From NCBI RefSeq assembly GCF_006345805.1, contig NW_021828796.1:1-7722 (forward strand): 7,722 bases of DNA, written 5' to 3'. Both the position numbers and the translations under genes were made by a program. A model generated the notes under the pieces. It had not been told where the DNA came from and did not search any database. It saw only the letters and a list, made by a program, of their open reading frames with translations. Below, piece by piece: positions 1-6,704 of this stretch. How positions within the stretch are numbered: position 1 is the first letter of the stretch; each line of letters opens with the position of its first letter. The stretch is from Octopus sinensis (Eukaryota).

Positions 1-121
1 TACGTTCTGAGTTCAAATTCACCGAGGTCGACTTTGCCTTTCATCCTTTCGGGGCCAATAAATTAAGTACCAGTTACCCACTGGGGTCGATGTAATAGAC
101 TTAATATCTTTGTCTGTCCTT
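1..121 (+). mobile_element. tRNA-derived SINE, family A, fragment (5' part lies outside the window, 3' end truncated)
   Basis: Near-identical to ~6489-6611 and to the reverse complement of ~1206-1328: box B-like GTTCAAATTC, then the central domain GAGGTCGACTTTGCCTTTCATCCTTTCGGGG...AAGTACCAGTT and the linker TTTGTCTGTCCTTG. Confidence 0.9.
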
Positions 122-301
122 GGTTCGAAACATATGGTGTACCTACAAAATGTCTAATACGAAATACATCTCCTGTTTTTAATTAATACTATTACTCTAA
201 CTGCCACGGCGAAGTTCCTGAAATAAATCCACCGAAAGTGTACCATAACTACGGATGACAACAGGTATCCTAAACTGTGCGGTGCTCTACTCAACATTTA
301 A

Positions 302-341
302 ACACACACACACACACACACACACTCATATATATATATAT
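302..341. repeat. Compound microsatellite (AC)n followed by (AT)n
   Basis: Directly visible: ACACAC... at 302-325, then ATATAT... to 341. Confidence 0.97.
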
Positions 342-986
342 GCGATAGAAATTTTAATTAGAACTTTGTTTACTTTTTATTTACTAACGGCTCATTTAGA
401 AACCCCCACATGACACCATGATATTGCTACACACCACCGGTGAGACGTGTATCTCACCTTGAAAACCATTAGTTCAAACACATACAGGAAAATCAGATAA
501 ACACACCGCTAGAAACATGATTTCGTATACAGTTACTCTCAGAATCTACACCAAGAATCACTTTCCTGTTAAATGCAAAAGTGTGCAGGCAAAGGAAAGA
601 AGCAAATGAGATAAAAGTTTAGACGGAAAACAAACGGCTCCTCGTATAAATGTAACCGTGGAAGTACTCCTTCTTTGTTGATGGCATAAACTTCGTCGTT
701 AAAGCTTTTCTATTTCTTGACGATCGGGTGGATTAACGTTAACGGGTTACTTAAGACACAGCAACCATTATCTATGAATGTATTGAAGTCCCGGTTGATC
801 ACCTTTCTATATATACACTAATTGAAGATTACTTTTATTATGTAGAAAAGATAAGAAATCTTAGTTTTCAACGATACCTCTACCGCGCAAATATCAGTTC
901 ACGTTACGGAAATCGCAAAGGTAACCGATTTTCAGAAATCCTCAAATAAGTGGGAGGCTTCTAAAGCCCACATTCTTGAAGTTGAA

Positions 987-1407
987 TAGGAGTAATAAAA
1001 ATCCTTTCTACTGGAAGAACAAGACCTCAATTATGGGAGAAGAGATTAAGTCGATTACATCGACCCCAGTGTGTAACTGGTACTTATTTAATCGACCCCG
1101 AAAGGATGAAGGCCGACCCCGGCGAAATTTGAACTCAGAATGTAGCGGCAGACGAAATACCTATTTTTTTACTACCCACAAGGGGCTAAACACAGAGAGG
1201 ACAAACAAGGACAGACACATGGATTAAGTCGATTATATCGACCCCAGAGCGTAACTAGTACTTATTTAATCGACCCCGAAAGGATGAAAGGCAAAGTCGA
1301 CCTCAGCGGAATTTGAACTCAGAACGTAGGGGCAGACGAAATACCTCTAAGCATTTCGCCCGACGTGCTAACGTTTCTGCCAGCTCGCCGCCTTAGGAGT
1401 AATAAAA
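987..1407. repeat. 14-bp target-site duplication TAGGAGTAATAAAA (987-1000 and 1394-1407)
   Basis: Exact direct repeat immediately flanking the minus-strand family A SINE. Confidence 0.9.
1001..1393 (-). mobile_element. Full-length dimeric tRNA-derived SINE, family A
   Basis: The minus strand begins AAGGCGGCGAGCTGGCAGAAACGTTAG (box A-like) and has box B-like GTTCAAATTCC, the central domain and a linker. A second monomer lacking box A starts at ~1161 (GGTATTTCGTCTGCC) and ends ...CCAGTAGAAAGGAT. Flanked by a 14-bp TSD and highly similar to 6423-6704. From memory, the central domain GCCTTTCATCCTTTCGGGGTCGAT..AAGTACCAG resembles the MetaSINE/Sauria-SINE-type core; this is not verified. Confidence 0.92.
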
Positions 1408-1696
1408 TAGTGACACTGCATCGGCTACTACGACATGTATTCCAGGTGATCCGAACAGCCTGCTTATGAAACTAACGTGAAAATGGTTGAGTATTCCAGA
1501 GACACGCGTAGTTCTCAGGGAAACTCAGCGTGACACAAAATGTGACAAGGCCGAAACTCTTTTTTGTCAGTAGAGTAGACTGGAGCAACGTAAAATAAAG
1601 TATCTTGTTTAAGAGCACAACTCGCTGCTGGGAATCGAACCCACGACCTTACGATCGTGATCCGATTACCCTAACCACTAAGCTTGGCACCTACAC
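1408..1696 (-). mobile_element. Older tRNA-derived SINE: tRNA head + CORE-like domain (as in family B) + 3' tail of family C
   Basis: The minus-strand head has AGCTTAGTGGTTAGG (box A) and GGTTCGATTCCC (box B). Positions 1573-1619 align with 4254-4300 (CORE-like). Positions 1410-1553 align with 7169-7331 with two short deletions. Bounded by the near-identical repeat GARTAGGAGTAATA at 984-997 and 1697-1710. Confidence 0.85.
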
Positions 1697-1868
1697 GAGT
1701 AGGAGTAATATGGAATTTGAAACCAGCGTGTTGACTTTATTACTAGAAAAAAATACATGAGATATTTTCTCTTCTCCATGCAAATTCCGGTTGGGCAGAA
1801 ATCCGGATGTGTAATCACGCCATAAAACAGCTTGAAAGATATTAAAGAGAAATGGCGAAATACATTAG

Positions 1869-2245
1869 AAACAAGAGAAGTTAGAGAGCGCAAACCTCCG
1901 CCACGGCAACACCAACGTCTTCACTACGATTAGCCAGATATGATTTTTAAAATGAGAATATCTGAAATAAACTCGACTGCTGCTCTCACAAACGAAAATA
2001 CTAAAAATGAACCCGACAGCTCTCAAAAATTAAGTTTAAAACAACAGGAAAAATAATCCAGAATCCTTGTCCGGTTCCGGATCGATCCCAAAATTTAATC
2101 AGTTCGTGCCAGTCACAAGCCAAACACTCCTGAAAGTTTTATACGAATCCATCCAGCGGTTCTTAAGATACCTTGTCCACGAACAAACACGACTGAAAAC
2201 AACACCTCCGCCTTCACTACGGTTTGTACACTTGGCGACAATAAC
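1869..2245 (-). mobile_element. Non-autonomous Helentron/Helitron2-type element (HINE / DINE-1-like), termini degenerate
   Basis: The minus-strand 3' end reads GGCGGAGGTTTGCGCTCTCTAACTTCTCTTGTTT (subTIR, decayed short hairpin, T-rich end). The subTIR core ACCTCCGCC occurs at 1894-1902 and 2204-2212. Internal palindromes are TCCGGTTCCGGA (2070-2081) and GGATCGATCC (2079-2088), followed by CAAAATTTAATCAGTTC. The layout matches HINE families as I recall them from fish and invertebrates; no database check was possible. Confidence 0.7.
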
Positions 2246-2540
2246 TAAATTTCATACAATAAAATTTCATGACATAATGTTGTGAACGTTATGCCTAATA
2301 GTTGAAATAACTAAAAGTTTTACAAAAATAATTCAGAAAACTAATCCTTTTAAGTCGTAGAAATCGAATCAATTCATTGAAAAAGTGTTTATGTATTTCT
2401 AATGGCTTCAACGACCCAGCTATAATCTAACTGTTATTATTCGAATGTTCACTCTGATTAAATCATTTGTCAAGTACAATTCAGGAATACTATAGTTATA
2501 ATTTATTATTATCATTATTTTTACTATTAGAATTTCCGAA

Positions 2541-2760
2541 CGCTGCGAGATTGCAGTATCGTTAGAGCTCGGTTATAAAAAGTCCTGTGTTGTTGCAGCT
2601 TTTTACAGTCTGTATACAAATCCGGCCAGGGACAATTTCGCCTCCCATCGTTTCAGGGACGATGAACTAAAGTGCTACTCAGGTAATTTGGTCAATGGTA
2701 TCATCTAACTTCTGATCTCAAAATTCCTGGCCTCGTGTCCAAAATCAGAAACCGTTATTA
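2541..2760 (+). mobile_element. Highly diverged monomeric family A-related SINE
   Basis: CGCTGCGAGATTGCAGTATCGTTAG resembles the family A head GGCGGCGAGCTGGCAGAAACGTTAG. TCTGTATACAAATCCGGCCAGGGACAATTTCGCCTCCCATCGTTTCAGGGACGAT resembles TCTGAGTTCAAATTCCGCCGAGGTCGACTTTGCCTTTCATCCTTTCGGGGTCGAT. The 3' end GGCCTCGTGTCCAAAATCAGAAAC resembles the tail of the 1001-1393 copy. Confidence 0.72.
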
Positions 2761-3123
2761 AAATTCTTGTGATGGTCTTTTGATTGTTGGTGATTGATTC
2801 TTGGCAATGATATCTTTCAGTTCAATCCCTCCTTTCCGAGACACAGCAGGACACTGGAGATCAGAATAGAGACCTTTCAATTTAAATGTATGAAGCATTT
2901 CAACGAACAAATAGCAAAGTAAGCGAGAGATATATAAAATTCAAAGAAATTAACCTTATGAATATGTTTTTGCACTGGCGTAGCAGAGGTGAAAGATGGC
3001 ATTAAACAAAAATGCACTATAATCTGTATCTAACTACAAGGGTCTATATCATCGAGGGATTATCTCATGCTTTTGGTATTATAACGTTTATATGATTATA
3101 AATAATTGTTTGTTGATAGGAAT

Positions 3124-3125
<2 letters not shown>

Positions 3126-3180
<55 letters not shown>

Positions 3181-3184
3181 ATAT

Positions 3185-3248
<64 letters not shown>
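3126..3248. repeat. Compound microsatellite (AC)n then imperfect (TA)n
   Basis: Directly visible; it accounts for the YI/VC-rich ORFs at 3065-3327. Confidence 0.97.
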
Positions 3249-3370
3249 GGAGTGTTGTAGTTCGCTTGAAGCATTGTGTACTGTTTATAAAGAATAAAAC
3301 GTTTGGTAAAAAAGCACTATAATACAAACAATGGGCTATGTACCTGTTATAATTTATTCATCCATAGCCT

Positions 3371-3402
3371 GATAATATTTCGGAATAAAATTCCTTCTTC
3401 AG
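3371..3402 (-). ncRNA. Minimal type I hammerhead ribozyme motif (left arm)
   Basis: Minus strand reads CTGAAGA-A-GGAAT-TTT-ATTCC-GAAA-TATTA-TC. AATAAA follows downstream on the minus strand (3353-3358). Helix I is weak and helix III is minimal. Confidence 0.65.
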
Positions 3403-3543
3403 ATATTATTAGATGGAGTCGCTGCTATAATCAGTTTTCCAACGGCATTTCCTTTCTTTTATTTTCGGAAGACGCTTACGAAACAAAAACCTGAAAAGCC
3501 GTTGGAAAACCGATTATAGCAGCGACTCCATCTAAAAATATAT

Positions 3544-3575
3544 CTGAAGAAGGAATTTTATTCCGAAATATTATC
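3544..3575 (+). ncRNA. Minimal type I hammerhead ribozyme motif (right arm)
   Basis: CTGAAGA 3544-3550, extra A 3551, helix II GGAAT(3552-3556)/ATTCC(3560-3564), GAAA 3565-3568, candidate NUH triplet ATC 3573-3575. Downstream ACTAAA (3588-3593) corresponds to the AATAAA of the other arm. Confidence 0.65.
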
Positions 3576-3606
3576 AGACTATGGATGACTAAATTACAAC
3601 AAGTAC

Positions 3607-3640
3607 CTACATACATACAACATACATACATACATAAACA

Positions 3641-3671
<31 letters not shown>

Positions 3672-3759
3672 GTATATATATGTATATATATATATTGTAA
3701 TATATATATATATATTTAATAAATATGAAAATATATATATGTATATATATGTATTATAT

Positions 3760-3796
<37 letters not shown>

Positions 3797-3919
3797 GTAT
3801 ATATATTATATATATATATATAAATATAATAATATATATATATAGTATTTATTATATATATATATATATATATTACATATATATAATTATACATATATAT
3901 ACATATATATATATACATA

Positions 3920-3958
<39 letters not shown>

Positions 3959-4052
3959 TTATACATATATATATATATATATTATATATTATATATTTAT
4001 ATATATACATATATATATATTATATATATATATTATATATATATACATATAT
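3607..4052. repeat. (CATA)n tract grading into a long imperfect (TA)n tract
   Basis: Directly visible; it accounts for the YI-rich ORFs at 3670-4077 and 3754-3966. Confidence 0.97.
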
Positions 4053-4381
4053 AAAGACCCCCTTCGGTCATGAATGACCATGGGATTGCACCTAAAAGTC
4101 CCTCCTAGACACAAGTCCGGGCAAGGTTGTTTATGGAAGACCAGCAGTCGCCCATGCATACCGGCCTCCCCTCTCCACGCCACCATTGTTATCCAGGGAA
4201 GACAAAGGTCGATACAGCTTGGCACCTGTGACGTCTAACTCATTTCTACAGCTGAGTGAACTGGAGCAACGTGAAATAAAGTGCCTTGCTCGAGAACACA
4301 CACACGCCCGGTCCGGGATTCGAGCTCACAACCTCACGATCGTAAGCTCGACGCTCTAACCACTGAGCCATGCGCCTTCAC
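4053..4381 (-). mobile_element. Full-length tRNA-derived CORE-type SINE, family B
   Basis: The minus-strand head GTGAAGGCGCATGGCTCAGTGGTTAGAGC has box A and a D-arm GCTC/GAGC, then GCTCGAATCCC (box B variant). The next segment GTGTTCTCGAGCAAGGCACTTTATTTCACGTTGCTCCAGTTCACTCAGCTGTAGAAATGAG aligns with the MIR CORE consensus. There is a 3' hairpin at 4066-4079 and the tail merges into (TA)n. CORE SINEs are known from octopus (OR2), but the exact family is not confirmed. Confidence 0.88.
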
Positions 4382-4383
4382 AT

Positions 4384-4680
4384 ACGTGTAAGTGGCTGAG
4401 CACTCCACAGACACGTGTACCCTTAACGTAGTTCTTAGGATATTCAGCGTGACACAGAGAGTGACAAGGCCGGCCCTTTGAAATACAGGTACAACAGAAA
4501 CGGAAGAAGAGTGAGAGAAAGTTGTGGTGAAAGAGTACAGCAGGGATCACCACCATCCCTGCCGGAGCCTCGTGGAGCTTTAGGTGTTTTCGCTCAATAA
4601 ACACACACAACGCCCGGTCTGGGAATCGAAACCGCGATCCTACGACAGCGAGTCCGCTGCACTAACCACTGGGCCATTGC
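4384..4680 (-). mobile_element. tRNA-derived SINE, family C, truncated at both ends
   Basis: Colinear and highly similar to 7242-7540. Box A TGGCCCAGTGGTTAG and box B-like GTTTCGATTCCC. It lacks the last ~70 nt of the tail and the first ~8 nt of the head. Confidence 0.9.
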
Positions 4681-4684
4681 ATAT

Positions 4685-4775
<91 letters not shown>

Positions 4776-4783
4776 ATATATAT

Positions 4784-4835
<52 letters not shown>

Positions 4836-4880
4836 ATATACATAATATAATAATATATATATATATATATTATATTACAT

Positions 4881-4941
<61 letters not shown>

Positions 4942-4947
4942 ATATAT
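4681..4947. repeat. Long imperfect (TA)n microsatellite
   Basis: Directly visible. Confidence 0.97.
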
Positions 4948-5054
4948 TAGAAGGTTTGGAGATGATGTACAGGTATTTTATATTAGAAGAAATGAGGTAC
5001 TCAAAATTCGGATGGCTTTATATTTACAGATATATTTTTAGGTTACATGTTTTT

Positions 5055-5173
5055 ATACATCATATATCATATATCATATATCATATATATATATTATATA
5101 TATATAATTTCTTATATACATTACAACCCACCACGTGGGGACAACCGAAATTCCTCTTTTCTGTTACTACTAT

Positions 5174-5212
<39 letters not shown>

Positions 5213-5219
5213 GGGGGGG
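5055..5219. repeat. Low-complexity block: (TATCA)n-like units and (TA)n tracts around a ~60-nt unique island, ending in a G run
   Basis: CATAT/TATCA units at ~5058-5085, TA tracts at 5085-5106 and 5171-5212, G7 at 5213-5219. Confidence 0.85.
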
Positions 5220-5318
5220 TCTATATGATTATTTCAGTGAAAACATATTTTGAATATTCTATTGGGTTCTGAGATGTTGACATTAAGAGTTTCTTTCTAT
5301 GTTTCCTTTTTCTTTAGG

Positions 5319-5713
5319 TTCGCAAGAAGAGTTATTGTTGTCTGATCTTAGTTGAGATTTGATCAAATGTGGGAATTGCTGATCACTTTAGTAAGGCGCA
5401 TTAAGCATTCAGTTGATTGGTTGAGCAAAACAAGAACGCAGAATCGGAGAGAAGAACGTTACACTTTCTATTGGATGAAAATGTGATTTTCACCAAAGTG
5501 TATCATCTCGTAAACCAACAACTGTTTGTTTGTTTGTTTCAATTTCTACAGTCTAGTCATTTATTATTAAACCCGATTTTACCTTATTTCACAGCTTGGC
5601 GGACTCGTCAGTCGAGAAATAACAATAAAATGTCTTAACCATGAACACAGCTCAAATGATTTGAAACTATCGAACGCTTCTTTATAAACTCGTTCCCTGC
5701 TTCGCAAGAAGAG
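5319..5713. repeat. Exact 13-bp direct repeat TTCGCAAGAAGAG (5319-5331 and 5701-5713), possible TSD
   Basis: Two identical non-low-complexity 13-mers with 369 bp between them; the enclosed sequence is not recognised. Confidence 0.45.
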
Positions 5714-6422
5714 CATACATTACACAATAAATAAATATAAATAAATATAATTACATAAATATATGGTAGCACAAATGGATAAAAACATTAGCTATTTTAA
5801 TTAACTATATTTATTGTAATGGTTGACTCAATCTATTTCACTGTATTCATTTTCTTTTATATCGAGATTTTACCCGTCTTTCTATACAAGATCTGGTCCA
5901 GTGATATAAAACGGCTAAATTCAATTATTCTTTATGTTTATAAATGCTGGAACATTTCTCTTTTTTCTTTCCGATAATGTTTGATTTTTTGTTTGTTTGC
6001 TTTATTTTTTTTGGTGGGGGGGGGTTACAAATTTGAAATACGTTTTTCTCCTTTACTTGTCTTATGTTTTTTTTTTCTTTTTTAACTTTTATTTATCTAT
6101 ACAATATTTCCAATGACCATTTATTCCCCTGAGGAATTATAAATGTTCACATTAGAATATTGTTAAACGGAGTGAAATAAATCCGTTAAATATATCTCTC
6201 TCACTTAGCAACGAGATTTCAAACTTAGTTCTACTAATCGAAATTGTTCTTTCGATAATTTAAGTGACCTACTGAACTCGTACATTTACTTTCTATTCAA
6301 ATTCATTGTCTTTTCACTGGTTTCAATCATTGCATTGTTGTCACGCTGGGGTACTGCTTTCAAATCGACCGTAGTAATTCCTTCTCGTACATAATTTTAT
6401 TGCTCAATATTGACTGGAATCT

Positions 6423-6704
6423 AAGGCGGCGAGCTGGCTTAAAAGTTAGCACGTCGGGCGAAATGCTTAGCGGTATTTCGTCCACCGCTGCGTTCTGGGT
6501 TCAAATTCCGCCGAGGTCGACTTTGCTTTTCATTCTTTCAGGGTCGATTAAATAAGTACCAGTTACGCACTGAGGTCGATATAATCGACTTAATCCGTTT
6601 GTCTGTTCTTGTTTGTCCTCTCTGTGTTTAGCCCCTTGTGGGTAGTAAAGAAATAGGTATTTCGTCTGCCGTTACATTCTGAGTTCAAATTCCGCCGAGG
6701 TCGA
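6423..6704 (+). mobile_element. Dimeric family A SINE, second monomer 3'-truncated
   Basis: Reverse-complement match to ~1113-1393, including the same monomer junction AAATAG|GTATTTCGTCTGCC (~6656). It breaks off at GAGGTCGA, followed by TGATGATGA. Confidence 0.92.

Larger units (their letters stand above)
3340..3606. mobile_element. Long inverted repeat: probable inverted Penelope-like pseudo-LTR pair (alternative: TA-flanked MITE)
   Basis: Arms 3343-3451 and 3493-3603 are reverse complements, with about 7 mismatches and one 2-nt indel by hand alignment and a ~41-nt spacer. Both ends lie in GTAC. Each arm contains a hammerhead motif followed by a polyA-signal-like hexamer. The repeat itself is certain; the family assignment is inference. 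Confidence 0.75.

Noticed and set aside
530-810. Minus-strand near-open frame (KVINRDFNTF...KK*KSFNDEVYAINKEG...) and an acceptor-like pyrimidine tract ending TTTAACAG near 566
   Set aside because: In-frame stop, no recognisable domain and only a weak donor; not distinguishable from chance without RNA data.
976-1227. 83-aa ORF and the similar 70-aa ORF at 6590-6802 (shared RPRRNLNSEC.GRRNTYFFTTHKGLNTERTNK)
   Set aside because: The similarity comes from antisense translation of two family A SINE copies, not from a gene family.
2525-2765. Possible TSD TATTAGAATT / TATTAAAATT around the old family A copy
   Set aside because: Short, AT-only, imperfect and offset from the element end; expected by chance.
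3303-3661. Two opposite-strand ORFs sharing IHSLIIFRNKIPSSDI
   Set aside because: A by-product of the inverted repeat; the frames diverge at the indel and run into microsatellite.
4305-4381. tRNA gene-like sequence (also at ~1625-1696, 4610-4680, 6855-6920 and 7470-7548)
   Set aside because: Box A and B are present but the cloverleaf is incomplete, and each continues into a SINE body; these are SINE heads.
3065-5253. Numerous YI/VC/MYVC-rich ORFs
   Set aside because: They are translations of (TA)n, (CA)n and (CATA)n microsatellites, which lack stop codons by composition.
6129-6160. CTGAGGA hammerhead-like box
   Set aside because: No helix II and no properly placed GAAA follow it.
6160-6256. 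Small hairpins AACGGA/TCCGTT and ATCGAAA/TTTCGAT
   Set aside because: Stems of 6-7 bp are common by chance in AT-rich DNA.
6312-6375. Segment that, from memory, resembles the decayed 3' end of another octopus SINE
   Set aside because: No second copy in the window to confirm it, and it is too diverged to call without a database.
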